Shown: positions 19,584 through 29,348, counted from the first letter of the stretch. The stretch: DNA of 64,000 nucleotides from Candidatus Marinacidobacterales bacterium (GCA_965247365.1 CBDFHB010000001.1:202550-266549); one strand, 5' to 3'. The notes: generated by a model not told the origin, from the letters alone. Program-made: numbers and translations.

Positions 19584-21499
19584 GCCGTCGAGGCGTAGGT
19601 CTCCCACTCCTCGTAAAGCTCTTCGAGCTTCGCTTTGAGAGACTCGTGGGTTCTGACGACCTCGGCGGAGTTCTCGGGGTCCTCGTAGAAACCCGGCACC
19701 GCCATGCGACCTTCGAGACTGTCGATGGCGATCTCCGTCTCCGCGATTGCAGACTCCAGCTCGCCGACCCGTTTCTCTCGGTCTCGCTTCTGATTCTTGG
19801 ATAACCCGAGCAAGGTCTCCGTCGTCTCTCGGACGGCGGGCGTCGCCTTCAATGGGGCTTCCTCTTTCTGCTCGGGACCGGCTTCCGCCGCCTGAGCTGC
19901 CCGCTCTTTCGAGTGGACGAAGTCGGCGTAGCCGCCCCAGTGGATGACGATCTCGCCGTTTCCAATCTCGGCGACTTTCGTCGCGAGCGATTCCAGGAAG
20001 AAGCGGTCGTGTGAAACGAAGAGAATCGTGCCCTTGTATGCGTCGAGCGCTTCGAGCAGTATTTCTTTGGAGTCGAGGTCGAGGTGGTTCGTGGGCTCGT
20101 CGAGGAGCAGCATATTCGCGGGCCGCAATAGCATGCGCGCGAGGGCTAGACGACTCTTCTCGCCTCCCGAGAGCACGCGGACTTTCTTCTCGACGTCGTC
20201 TCCACGGAACAGGAAGGCACCCAGAATGCTGCGAAGCTCGCCAACCTTACTAGCCGGGGCGACCTCCGTCATGCTCTCGAGAACGGTCTTCTCCTCGTTC
20301 AGATCGTAGCGCTCCTGACTGAAGTAGCCCGTCTGCACGTTATTACCGAGCTTCAGCTTGCCCGCGTCGGGAGGCTCCTCGCCGGAGAGCAGTCTCATGA
20401 GTGTCGACTTGCCCACGCCGTTCGGTCCGACGAGAGCCAGGCGGTCGCCCCGTTCGACGACGAGCCGCGCTCGCTGAAAGACGCACGTCTCGCCGTAGCT
20501 CTTGCCGAGACCCTCGGCCTCGACTACGACGCGGCTCGCGCGTTCGGGCTCGGGTAGTCGGAGCCGCATCAGTTTGCGATCCGGAGGGACCTCGATGACC
20601 TCCATCTTCTCGAGCATCTTGACGCGGCTCTGCACTTGCTTGGCCTTGGACGCTTTGGCGCGAAAGCGACCGATGAAGCGCTGCATCTTCTCGATCTCTT
20701 CTCGCTGTCTGGTCGCTCGTGCACGCAGCTCGTCGATGCGCTTCTTGCGGGTATCCCGAAAGCGCGTGTAGTTGCCGGGGTAGTCCACGAGGCGGCGTCG
20801 GTCGATGTCCGTGATGCGCTCGACGATTCGATCGAGGAAATATCGATCGTGAGAGACCATGACGATCGCGTGAGGATAGGCGCTTAGGAAGTCCTCGAGC
20901 CAGTGGCGCGCCTCGAGGTCCAGATGGTTGGTCGGCTCGTCGAGCAAGAGGATGTTCGGCTGTGCGAGCAGGAGCTTCGCGAGAGCGATGCGCATCTGCC
21001 AGCCGCCGCTAAAGGTCTCCGTGGGTGCCTCGAGCTGAGCCCCGGTGAAGCCGAGCCCGAGGAGCACTTCCTCGGTCCGGGCCTCGAGGCTGAAACCGCC
21101 CTTTCGATCCCACTCCTCGCGGTTCTCACCATAGCGCTGCAGCACTTCCCGATAGGAGTCGCTCTCGGGGTCGAGATCGCTCATCTGGTGCTCCAGGCGC
21201 TCGATCTCTTCGCCGATCTGGAGCACCGCCGCGAAGGCGGAGAGCGTTTCCTCGCGCAGCGACTTGCCGGAGTGGTGCAGGCCGTCCTGAGGCAGGTAGC
21301 CTACCGTCGTGCCCTTGGGCGTTCTGACCGAGCCCGCATCGGGCGCCTCCTTGCGGGTGACGAGCCGCATCAGAGTCGTCTTGCCGGACCCATTGGGCCC
21401 GGTCAAGCCGATGCGATCGCCATCGGACACGTTCCAGGTCACGCCCTCGAAAAGGACACGCCCGGCGTAGGCCTTCGTAAGTCCTTGTATCTGCAGCAT
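19571..21499 (-). CDS. ABC-F family ATPase (two tandem ABC domains, C-terminal coiled-coil; Uup-like or ARE-type)
   Basis: Two Walker A motifs (GPNGSGKTT, GPNGVGKST). Two signature motifs (LSGG). Inter-domain linker. C-terminal coiled-coil. Confidence 0.9.
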   Translation of the reverse strand: MLQIQGLTKAYAGRVLFEGVTWNVSDGDRIGLTGPNGSGKTTLMRLVTRKEAPDAGSVRTPKGTTVGYLPQDGLHHSGKSLREETLSAFAAVLQIGEEIERLEHQMSDLDPESDSYREVLQRYGENREEWDRKGGFSLEARTEEVLLGLGFTGAQLEAPTETFSGGWQMRIALAKLLLAQPNILLLDEPTNHLDLEARHWLEDFLSAYPHAIVMVSHDRYFLDRIVERITDIDRRRLVDYPGNYTRFRDTRKKRIDELRARATRQREEIEKMQRFIGRFRAKASKAKQVQSRVKMLEKMEVIEVPPDRKLMRLRLPEPERASRVVVEAEGLGKSYGETCVFQRARLVVERGDRLALVGPNGVGKSTLMRLLSGEEPPDAGKLKLGNNVQTGYFSQERYDLNEEKTVLESMTEVAPASKVGELRSILGAFLFRGDDVEKKVRVLSGGEKSRLALARMLLRPANMLLLDEPTNHLDLDSKEILLEALDAYKGTILFVSHDRFFLESLATKVAEIGNGEIVIHWGGYADFVHSKERAAQAAEAGPEQKEEAPLKATPAVRETTETLLGLSKNQKRDREKRVGELESAIAETEIAIDSLEGRMAVPGFYEDPENSAEVVRTHESLKAKLEELYEEWETYASTAQSS

Positions 21500-21560
21500 C
21501 GCTAGTTAGATCAAAAAAAAACCGGCTCTCTCGTGGAGCCGGGGCATCCTCGCCCCCTAT
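21500..21560 (-). promoter_or_regulatory. Leader of the ABC-F gene with a 13-codon uORF (MPRLHERAGFFLI, minus strand 21547-21506) spanning an intrinsic terminator
   Basis: Minus-strand RNA: GGGGC-GAGGAU-GCCCC hairpin covers the SD and uORF AUG. Terminator hairpin CCGGCUC-CACGAGA-GAGCCGG is followed by U9. The uORF stop UAA lies 6 nt before the main AUG. A TAGAAT -10-like element lies just upstream. Confidence 0.45.
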
Positions 21561-21643
21561 TCTAGCTTGTTTGCCCGGATCTTGCGTGGCTCGCGGTCGG
21601 AAGGTCGACGACCCTATAATGATCGACGTCTCGGTGACCTCCC

Positions 21644-23449
21644 ATGTCTATTCGTGCTGAGTTTCTCGTGCTCCCGTTCCTCGCTTCGCTATCGATAGGC
21701 TGCCGAGGGGTCGGTGAGGAAGCCACACCACCCCAGGAGCTACTCGACGTCGCCTATATCGTCTTCGCGCCCGTTACCGAGGACGACTTGACCTCTCCGG
21801 TCGCGATCGGAAGCGAGCCCCGAGCCGCTCTGGTCGCTCCCACTCCGGCCGAGTTTCGATACAGGCTACAAGTGCCGGATCGAGCGCTGCTCACCTTTTC
21901 CATCGGGATTGCGGAGACTGGGAACGCTTCATCCGGCGTGACGCTTCCCGGAAACCGAATGCGGTTTCGCATCTACGTGAGTGAGGAGTCATCGAAGAGC
22001 GTCGTCTATGAACGTGCGATTCACATCGCGCGCCATCGTGAGTGGATCGAGCAATCGGTCGACTTGAGCCGTTTCGCGGGCAGAGAAGTCTGGCTCACGT
22101 TCGAGACTGACTTTCCCGGCGCCGAGTCTGGGATGCCGCTCCCGCTCGTAGGCGTCTTCGCCGATCCGATCTTGCACGATCGTGCGGCCTACGGCCGGGG
22201 ACGGGCCGTCGTCGTCATATCCATCGATACACTGCGACGGGATCACGTGAGTGTCTACGGCTATCCTCGGCGGACGACACCCGGTCTCGAAGCGCTCGCT
22301 CGGGACGCTCTCGTCTTCGACGATGCGGTGAGTACCTCCTCCTGGACATTGCCGGCGCACGCCTCTCTGCTGACTTCGACCTATCCGAGCGTGCACGGCG
22401 CCGTCGATATGAAGCGAGGGCTATCGCCGGAGTGGCCCAGCCTCGCGTCGATTTTGAGAGACAACGGGTTCTTCACCCAGGCCTTCGTCACACATACTTA
22501 CCTCTCCCGCGACTACGGCTTCGGCGAGGGATTCGACTCGCATCACTACATGCCGGAAACTCGCGCCGAGGAAGTGACGAATCGCGCCGTCTCCTTCCTT
22601 CGCTCGCGAGGAGACCGGGACTTTTTTCTCTTCCTTCATTATTACGACCCGCACTGGCACTACGACCCTCCGTCTCCCTATGACAAGAAGTTCGATCCGA
22701 CCTACACCGGAGCGGCGAGCGGCATCTGGTGGGAGTTCAAAGAGCTCGGGGAGGACATCGAACCACGAGACCTCCATCACATCGAAGCCCTCTACGACGG
22801 CGAGATCGCCTATACCGATCGCCACGTCGAACGATTGTTCCAGGAGATGAAGCGGCTCGACCTTTTCGACAAGGCGCTCGTCGTGGTGACCTCGGACCAT
22901 GGCGAAGAGTTCCTGGACCACGGCGAATGGGAGCACCAGAAAACGCTCTACGAAGAGCAGCTCCGAGTACCGCTTCTCGTGAAGCTTCCGGAGAGCAAGC
23001 GTTCCGGTGAGCGCGTGAAGCGGCAGGTGAGTCTCGTGGACGTCGCGCCGACCGTCGTCGATGTCCTGGAGCTTCCCGCGCAGGGGAGTTTTCAGGGAAC
23101 GAGTCTCCTGAGCGCCTTCAACGAAAGTGAGCGTCCGGAAGCTTGGGCGGAGACGGAGCATACGCTCGACGGATCGCATCTCATCTCGCTTCGTCGTGGC
23201 GCCGGCGCCATGAAAGCGATCTTTCGACGGAAGGGCCAAGTCACGTCCACGACACTCTTCGACTTGGGATCAGACCCTCTCGAGGGCGTTCCCCTAGAGG
23301 ATCCCCGAGCCCGCGAGCGGTTTCACAAGCACCTCGAGGCTTTCGTCTCGGAGGCCGGGGCTCGCCGTGAAGGCAAGCGGGCCAGCCCTCCCGTGGAGCT
23401 GGGTGCGGAAGAGCTGGAGCGACTCCGTGCGCTCGGCTACCTGCGTTAG
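21644..23449 (+). CDS. Sulfatase-family (alkaline phosphatase superfamily) hydrolase/transferase with N-terminal extra domain of about 190 aa; secreted/lipoprotein
   Basis: VVISIDTLRRDHVSVYGY.R.TTP.L..LA..A..F..A.S.SSWTLPAHASLLTS.YPS.HG. Later DHGEEF..HG. Confidence 0.7.
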   Translation: MSIRAEFLVLPFLASLSIGCRGVGEEATPPQELLDVAYIVFAPVTEDDLTSPVAIGSEPRAALVAPTPAEFRYRLQVPDRALLTFSIGIAETGNASSGVTLPGNRMRFRIYVSEESSKSVVYERAIHIARHREWIEQSVDLSRFAGREVWLTFETDFPGAESGMPLPLVGVFADPILHDRAAYGRGRAVVVISIDTLRRDHVSVYGYPRRTTPGLEALARDALVFDDAVSTSSWTLPAHASLLTSTYPSVHGAVDMKRGLSPEWPSLASILRDNGFFTQAFVTHTYLSRDYGFGEGFDSHHYMPETRAEEVTNRAVSFLRSRGDRDFFLFLHYYDPHWHYDPPSPYDKKFDPTYTGAASGIWWEFKELGEDIEPRDLHHIEALYDGEIAYTDRHVERLFQEMKRLDLFDKALVVVTSDHGEEFLDHGEWEHQKTLYEEQLRVPLLVKLPESKRSGERVKRQVSLVDVAPTVVDVLELPAQGSFQGTSLLSAFNESERPEAWAETEHTLDGSHLISLRRGAGAMKAIFRRKGQVTSTTLFDLGSDPLEGVPLEDPRARERFHKHLEAFVSEAGARREGKRASPPVELGAEELERLRALGYLR

Positions 23450-23570
23450 GGAACCTCTCGATATTTCCTTCTTCCTCCAAGGCGCCGGTCTGCTATTCTA
23501 GAAGGGAGGGTGGTGCCCGGTGATTCCGTGGCGCTACCGGGAAAGAACGTTTCTTGAACTGGACGACTAG

Positions 23571-24080
23571 ATGGACGCAGAGAAATTTCGAGTTCGTGCA
23601 GAGCTTTATCGTCTCTTGCTCGACGAGAGCTCAGGAGCTGCGTCTTCTCTCGTTCCGAGGATGCTCGCCGACCCCGACTCGCTAACTCCAGAGATCCGTT
23701 GGTGTCTGCTCTACCTGATTCGAGGCATGGGCTATCTCTCTGGCCGTAACGGCCTGCTCGGCCGGGGCGGGCTCCTCGACACGCTCGTTGGGGATTTCGA
23801 GCTCGCCCGTTGCCGTACGCGCCGTCTGGACGGCCTTTGGTATGAAATCGTTAGAGAGGATCCCGCCCACTGGGTGCAGCGCTACGAGACCACCGACGTT
23901 TACTATTCGCTCGACGAGATTTTCTGGCTCAACGATTTACTTGGACGCCTCTGGGAGGTCGAGCGTCAGAGACTCGCCTTGGAAGAGCCTCCCTTACCCC
24001 CTCTCGCTCTGAGAAAGAAACTCATGGCGGTCGATCCCCGGCGATCGGTCTTCAGGAGCTTTCAAATTCCGCTTTCCTGA
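23571..24080 (+). CDS. Hypothetical protein
   Basis: 169-aa ORF with plausible intergenic spacing. No recognisable motifs. Confidence 0.35.
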   Translation: MDAEKFRVRAELYRLLLDESSGAASSLVPRMLADPDSLTPEIRWCLLYLIRGMGYLSGRNGLLGRGGLLDTLVGDFELARCRTRRLDGLWYEIVREDPAHWVQRYETTDVYYSLDEIFWLNDLLGRLWEVERQRLALEEPPLPPLALRKKLMAVDPRRSVFRSFQIPLS

Positions 24081-24130
24081 CGTATCGCACGAGCGAACCG
24101 TTCCTACGGAGCGGCCGAGAGGTCTAGGAT

Positions 24131-25030
24131 TTAGCCTTCCGCGGACAGATCGGCGAGGAACTGTTTCACCTCATCCGCTTGCGCGCCGTTGGGCTCGAAC
24201 TCCAGATATTTCTGGAAGTGGCTCTTCGCGGTTTCGTTGTCTTCGCGCTGTGCCGCGAGGCTTCCGAGCATGTAGTGCGCCTGAGACGACTGTGGGGCGT
24301 TCGGCTTTGCGGTGAGAAACTGCTTGAGGTGGGCAATCGCCTGATCTTGCCGCGCCGTCGCATCGGAAGCGCCCTCGGCCATCCGAATCGTCATCGAACC
24401 GACCATGTAGTGGCAGTCGGCAGAGAAGGTGTCGTCGGGCTTCAACTCCAGATACTTCGACAGGCGCTCATTGGCCTTGGCCCACTCCTGCCGATTGAAG
24501 TTGATTCGGCCCGCGTAATATTGCGCTTGCGCCAGGTTCGGGTCGAGCTGGATCACCTTCGCGAAAGCCTGCTCGGCCTGACCTTCATTGTTGCCACGCA
24601 TGAGCGACAGGCCGAGGTAGAATTGCACTTCCTTGTCGTTCGGTTTCGCCGAAGCCGCTTTCCTGAGGAGTGGTACTGCCTTCGCGGTCGCGCTTCCTCG
24701 CGCGTAGCACAGACCGCCCTCACGGTTCGCGGCTGCAATCATGACGCCAGCTTCGGGATTGTTTCCAACCTTCTTCAGGAACGTGTCGAAATTCGACGCA
24801 CACTTGTCATGGTTCTTCTTCGACTTGTACGCGTATCCCAAGTAGTAGTTGCTTGCGAACAGATCCGCGCTCGCGCCGAGCGCCCTCTCACACGTCTGGA
24901 TGACGGTGTCGAAGTCGTTCGTCTTGACGGCTTCCTGGCAAGCAAGGAAGTCCTTGGCTCCCGGCTGGTCCTGGGCGAAGGCGCCGCTTGCCATCAAGGC
25001 GACTATGGACAAAGTTAGCCGCGTGATCAT
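24131..25030 (-). CDS. Secreted tetratricopeptide-repeat protein
   Basis: Signal peptide MITRLTLSIVALMASGAFAQ. Repeated A..Y.LG.....G....A...F...L TPR-like units. Confidence 0.7.
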   Translation of the reverse strand: MITRLTLSIVALMASGAFAQDQPGAKDFLACQEAVKTNDFDTVIQTCERALGASADLFASNYYLGYAYKSKKNHDKCASNFDTFLKKVGNNPEAGVMIAAANREGGLCYARGSATAKAVPLLRKAASAKPNDKEVQFYLGLSLMRGNNEGQAEQAFAKVIQLDPNLAQAQYYAGRINFNRQEWAKANERLSKYLELKPDDTFSADCHYMVGSMTIRMAEGASDATARQDQAIAHLKQFLTAKPNAPQSSQAHYMLGSLAAQREDNETAKSHFQKYLEFEPNGAQADEVKQFLADLSAEG

Positions 25031-25148
25031 GGAAACTATCTCCTTTGGTCTCGATTTTCGGCGTTGTGCCGGGACGCAGAAGGCCCAACTTCAAAAAGCT
25101 ACCACAAAGGTCGATCGCTCGGCAACTCAACTCGGACGCCCGCTAAGG

Positions 25149-25169
25149 GTTAGGATGTATCCTGCTAAC
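25149..25169. promoter_or_regulatory. Imperfect palindrome GTTAGGAT-GT-ATCCTGCTAAC upstream of the thiolase gene (candidate operator)
   Basis: Inverted repeat GTTAG/CTAAC and GAT/ATC seen in the sequence, about 80 bp upstream of ATG 25251. Confidence 0.3.
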
Positions 25170-25250
25170 CGCTATTGTAGCGCAAGACGGTACGAGGGGG
25201 GAGAGGTCGAGCTTGCTCCTGACCGTGTCGCCGGCATAGATTCGTTCACG

Positions 25251-26558
25251 ATGCCGGACTCGACCCAGGCTTCGAGAGCGGGCAAGCGCGTTGCCGTGGT
25301 AGCGGGGTGCCGAACTCCTTTCACGCGGGCGGGCGGTCTACTCGCGGAGGAGACGTCGCTCGCTCTCGCCCGACGCGTCATCGCCGAGCTCGTGGCGAGA
25401 GCCGAGCTCTCGGGGGCGGATATCGACGAGGTGGTACTCGGGACCGTTGTTCCAAGCACCGTGACCCCGAACGTGGCGCGCGAAGCCGCGCTCGCGGCTG
25501 GCTTGCCGCCGGAGGTCGAGGCTTATACGGTTTCGCGCGCCTGCGCCTCCTCGAACCAGGCGATCATCAGCGGGGCTGAATCGATCCTTTCGGGACAGGC
25601 CACGACCATCATCGCTGGCGGCACCGAATCGCTATCGAACGTACCGATTCTCGTCTCCAGGTCCTTGAGTCGTGCGCTCGTTTCTTTATCCAAGGCCAAG
25701 ACGCTGGGGAAGCGACTCGCCGCGCTCGCTCCTCTGAGGCTGAAGGATCTCCTTCCCGTGCCTCCACGGATCGCGGAATACGCGACCGGTCTCAGCATGG
25801 GGGAGTCCGCCGAGAAAATGGCGAAAGAGAACGAGATCTCTCGAGAGGCGCAGGACCGCTTCGCTTTGAGGAGTCACGAGCTCGCCGCCCGTGCTACCGA
25901 CGACGGGCGTCTCCCGGCCGAGATCGCGCGCTATTACACCTCGCCCCGCTACGACAGCTCATTCGCGGTCGATGACGGTATACGCCGTGACACGACCCTC
26001 GAGTCACTCGGAGCGCTTCGCCCCGTGTTCGACCGTCGCTTCGGCTCGTTGACGGCAGGCAACTCCTCGCCTTTGACCGACGGCGCGGCGGCTTTAGTAC
26101 TGATGCGCGAGGACGTCGCACGAGCGCGCGGATGTCGCCCCCTCGGCTATCTCCGCTCTTATGCCTTCGCCGGCGTCGACCCCTTCGACCAATTGCTTAT
26201 CGGACCTGCCTATAGCACACCCTTGGCGCTCGATCGCGCGGGGCTCTCTCTCTCCGACATATCGCTCGTCGATTTTCACGAAGCCTTCGCGGCGCAGGTG
26301 CTTTCGGTCGTTCAGGCGCTCTCATCCAAGCGCTTCGCGCGGGAGAAGCTCAACCGTGAGCCCCTAGGGGAAGTCGACCCAGAGAGGATGAACGTGATGG
26401 GTGGATCGATTGCCCTAGGACACCCTTTCGGCGCTACCGGAGCAAGGATCACGCTGAGCGTGCTCAACGAGCTTGCGCGGAGGGGCGGGGGGTTCGGGCT
26501 CATCGGCGTGTGCGCGGCCGGCGGGCTCGGCTGCAGTATGGTCGTCGAGAGCGAGTAG
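25251..26558 (+). CDS. Acetyl-CoA C-acyltransferase / 3-ketoacyl-CoA thiolase
   Basis: Internal ATG of the track ORF (the upstream part overlaps the TPR gene). VAVVAGCRTPF motif. Active-site region TVSRACASS. C-terminal GLIGVCAAGGLGCSMVVE. Confidence 0.9.
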   Translation: MPDSTQASRAGKRVAVVAGCRTPFTRAGGLLAEETSLALARRVIAELVARAELSGADIDEVVLGTVVPSTVTPNVAREAALAAGLPPEVEAYTVSRACASSNQAIISGAESILSGQATTIIAGGTESLSNVPILVSRSLSRALVSLSKAKTLGKRLAALAPLRLKDLLPVPPRIAEYATGLSMGESAEKMAKENEISREAQDRFALRSHELAARATDDGRLPAEIARYYTSPRYDSSFAVDDGIRRDTTLESLGALRPVFDRRFGSLTAGNSSPLTDGAAALVLMREDVARARGCRPLGYLRSYAFAGVDPFDQLLIGPAYSTPLALDRAGLSLSDISLVDFHEAFAAQVLSVVQALSSKRFAREKLNREPLGEVDPERMNVMGGSIALGHPFGATGARITLSVLNELARRGGGFGLIGVCAAGGLGCSMVVESE

Positions 26559-26626
26559 ATCCTCCACGTTTTGCCCGAAGTGGCCGGAGCTTGCGTCTGC
26601 TAGACTCGCAATCGGAAGAGAAGTAC

Positions 26627-28276
26627 TTGCTCAAACCCAGAAATTTGGCACGCCTGCAGAAAGTCGCCGCGGTGTTTCTTCGCCACGGATTCGACGACGT
26701 CCTCGAGACCTTCGACGTCTTCTCCTGGATAGGGTTGAAGCGCCGCCGGAGGCGAAAGCCGGCGGAGCGCATGCAGAGCCGCGCGGAGAAACTCCGCCTC
26801 GCTCTGGAAGAGCTAGGGACGACCTATATCAAGCTGGGGCAGCTCCTCTCGACGCGGCCCGACTTACTTCCAGAGCCCTTCGTGGACGAGTTGGCGCGAC
26901 TCCAAGATCGGGTGGAGCCCGAGCCCTTCGGGGAGATTCGAATTTTGTTGGAGCAGGAGCTAGGGCAACCACTCGATGAGGTCTTCGATCGTTTCGATCG
27001 CGAGCCGGTCGCGTCGGCCTCGATCGCGCAGGTCTATCGAGCCCGTTTGAGACCGGGCGTCTCCTCCCTCACGGGAGAGGTGGCGGTCAAGGTGGTCAAG
27101 CCTGGAGTTCCCGAGATGGTCGAAGTCGATATGGAGATTCTTCACGAGGTGGCGGAGAGACTCTCGCGCTCGGCCCTCGCACGGCGCTACGACTTCAAGG
27201 GGCTGAGCTCACAGCTCGAGACGACCCTCGTTGCGGAGCTCGACCTTCGTCAAGAAGCGGCGAACGGGAAGCGGCTTCGGGACTCGCTGACCGAGTACGA
27301 CCACATCCGCATTCCCGAGTTCGCGGAAGAGCTCACGAGGAGACTGGTCCTCGTTTTGGAGTACGTCGAGGGGGCGAAGCTTTCCGCCGCCGGGGAGAGA
27401 CGGCCAGAGCTCGCCGACGAGCTCTGGCGCGCTTACTTGAAGCAGATCCTCGTGGACGGCGCCTTTCAATGCGATCCGCATCCAGGAAATTTTCTGATCG
27501 ATCGGGATGGGCGGCTCGTCGTTCTGGATTACGGAATGATCGCCTACGTGTCTCGCGAGAATCAGCTCCGTCTCATGGCGCTGCTCATCACGCTGGTCGA
27601 ACGGGACGGCGATCGCACGGCTCGAGTCTGCATCGAGTTGGGAATTCCAGGCCGGGACTTTCAGGAGGCACGCTTCCGCGCCGCGGTGGGCCTCCTCGTC
27701 GCCCGCTACTCGGGTGTGTTGCTGAAGGATCTACCCTTCGGCGTCATCGTGAGAGATCTCCTCGTGCTCTGTGTCCGGCACGACATGCAGATTCCCCCCG
27801 AGCTGGTCCTTCTCGGCAAGACGCTGCTGAATCTCGAGCCCATGTGTCGACAACTCGATCCGGAGATGGATCCGGTCGGCACGATGAAGGACATGGCGGT
27901 CCGTTTACTCGAGGAGCAGATCAGGAGAGACGTCAGCATGGAACGTCTCATGTCGCTCGTGCTCGAGTTGCGCACGTTTCTCCACGAGGTGCCGCAGAGC
28001 TTGCGCCGGCTGATCACGCAGCTCGCGAACCACGAGTTTCGTATCGGCATCGAGATCGAGAAGGCCGACCAGATGCAGCTGGCGATCCGGGACGTTGCCA
28101 ATCGCATCACGCTCGGGCTCATCACCGCGGCGCTGATCATGGGGTCCGCTTTTCTCGTTCGGGTGGGCGCGGGGTTCAAGATCTTCGACGTCCCCGTCTT
28201 CGCGTTTCTCGGGTTTCTGCTCGCGGCTGGCCTGGGGCTCTTCGTCATCATCCAGATCATGACCGGGCGGCACTGA
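26627..28276 (+). CDS. ubiB: UbiB/ABC1 family atypical protein kinase
   Basis: Probable TTG start giving MLKPRNLARLQKVAAVFLRHGF (typical ABC1 N-terminus). TYIKLGQLLSTRPDLLP. ASIAQVYRA. HGNFLIDRDGRLVVLDYGM. C-terminal TM helices. Confidence 0.8.
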   Translation: MLKPRNLARLQKVAAVFLRHGFDDVLETFDVFSWIGLKRRRRRKPAERMQSRAEKLRLALEELGTTYIKLGQLLSTRPDLLPEPFVDELARLQDRVEPEPFGEIRILLEQELGQPLDEVFDRFDREPVASASIAQVYRARLRPGVSSLTGEVAVKVVKPGVPEMVEVDMEILHEVAERLSRSALARRYDFKGLSSQLETTLVAELDLRQEAANGKRLRDSLTEYDHIRIPEFAEELTRRLVLVLEYVEGAKLSAAGERRPELADELWRAYLKQILVDGAFQCDPHPGNFLIDRDGRLVVLDYGMIAYVSRENQLRLMALLITLVERDGDRTARVCIELGIPGRDFQEARFRAAVGLLVARYSGVLLKDLPFGVIVRDLLVLCVRHDMQIPPELVLLGKTLLNLEPMCRQLDPEMDPVGTMKDMAVRLLEEQIRRDVSMERLMSLVLELRTFLHEVPQSLRRLITQLANHEFRIGIEIEKADQMQLAIRDVANRITLGLITAALIMGSAFLVRVGAGFKIFDVPVFAFLGFLLAAGLGLFVIIQIMTGRH

Positions 28277-28301
28277 GTCGTCAGACGATGGCCCCTCACC
28301 C

Positions 28302-28341
28302 GCCGCGCTTCGCGCGGCACCCTCTCCCAGAGGGGAGAGGG
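28302..28341. repeat. Two adjacent GC-rich hairpins between convergent genes. The second (CACCCTCTCCC-AGAG-GGGAGAGGG) is a copy of a REP-like element also present at 40513-40542.
   Basis: GCCGCGC-TTC-GCGCGGC (28302-28318) and CCCTCTCCC/GGGAGAGGG (28320-28341). Likely a U-tract-less terminator. Confidence 0.4.
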
Positions 28342-28352
28342 GAAGACATGGG

Positions 28353-29348
28353 TTATTGGCCGGCGGACTCGACGCCGGACTCGGCCCGAGCGATTTCGGT
28401 CGAAGTCGGTCGCACCGGTGCCGGGCGGGTGGTACGCCCGAGCAGCTTTCCGTTGCGGTCCCCGTCCTTGTGCATCGGGAGCAACGTGACCTCGACGCCG
28501 AGCTCGAACTTGTTCTTGAGTCCCTCGTAGACGGTGCTGACCTTCTCTACGTAGTCGCGCGTCTCCACCGCGGTGCGTCCACTCCCGGCGCGGTAGTAAC
28601 CCGCGTTCAGAGGGCCACCGTTGTATTCCGCGAGGACCATGTTCCGATCGTTGTACGCGGAGAACAGGATGTCGAGATAGAGCGCTGCCATCTCCGTATT
28701 CGTGACGGGATCGTAGAGCATCTCGTCCGAGTACTCCCAGTCCAGAGAGCGAGCGAGCATGCGTCCCGTCGATGGCCAGATTTGGTAGAGGCCTTTCGCG
28801 TCGGCAACCGATGTGGCCCGGACGTCGTAGCGGCTTTCGATGATGCCGATGGAGAGGAACATGAGGGGCTCCACCGAAGGATACTTGTCCGAGGCCTGCA
28901 TGATCAGAGTCGCGTATTCGTAGGCCTGATTCAAGCTCACCCGGGGATTCGTCCGCATGATCTCGTCTCGGATACCGAGGAGGAGCTGCTGACGTTTGGA
29001 GTCGAAGCTGATGCCGGCGTCGAGGTTCTGGATCTTTTGCTCCACCCGCCGCATGGTGGTGCCCACTTCGTCGTTGAGCTCGCCCACGCGATGAAACGCG
29101 TAGAAAGCGACTCCGACTGTCGTCAATAAGAGCAGGGACAGAAACAAAAGGGCTGTCGTCTGCCAGCCCGCGCTCTGGCGGACGATGATTTGCTGAACCT
29201 CTTGTACCTGTGCGGGTTGCTCGTTTCGAGCGGGAGCCGTTAAAGGCGCCGCCCCTTCACGGTGCTCTGGACTTGGAGCCTCGTCCTTAGACGAGATCTC
29301 CTCCGCGCTTTTGTCCGCGATACTCGCTACGTTTTTCGACCTAACCAT
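28353..29348 (-). CDS. Membrane-anchored lytic transglycosylase (SLT domain)
   Basis: N-terminal TM. SLT catalytic region IGIIESRYDVRATSVADAKGLYQIWPSTG...AEYNGGP. Confidence 0.75.
   Translation of the reverse strand: MVRSKNVASIADKSAEEISSKDEAPSPEHREGAAPLTAPARNEQPAQVQEVQQIIVRQSAGWQTTALLFLSLLLLTTVGVAFYAFHRVGELNDEVGTTMRRVEQKIQNLDAGISFDSKRQQLLLGIRDEIMRTNPRVSLNQAYEYATLIMQASDKYPSVEPLMFLSIGIIESRYDVRATSVADAKGLYQIWPSTGRMLARSLDWEYSDEMLYDPVTNTEMAALYLDILFSAYNDRNMVLAEYNGGPLNAGYYRAGSGRTAVETRDYVEKVSTVYEGLKNKFELGVEVTLLPMHKDGDRNGKLLGRTTRPAPVRPTSTEIARAESGVESAGQ

Noticed and set aside
21512-21542. A9 plus hairpin as a plus-strand terminator
   Set aside because: On the plus strand the A-run precedes the hairpin. 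It only makes sense as a minus-strand hairpin-U9, which is reported as the ABC-F leader attenuator.
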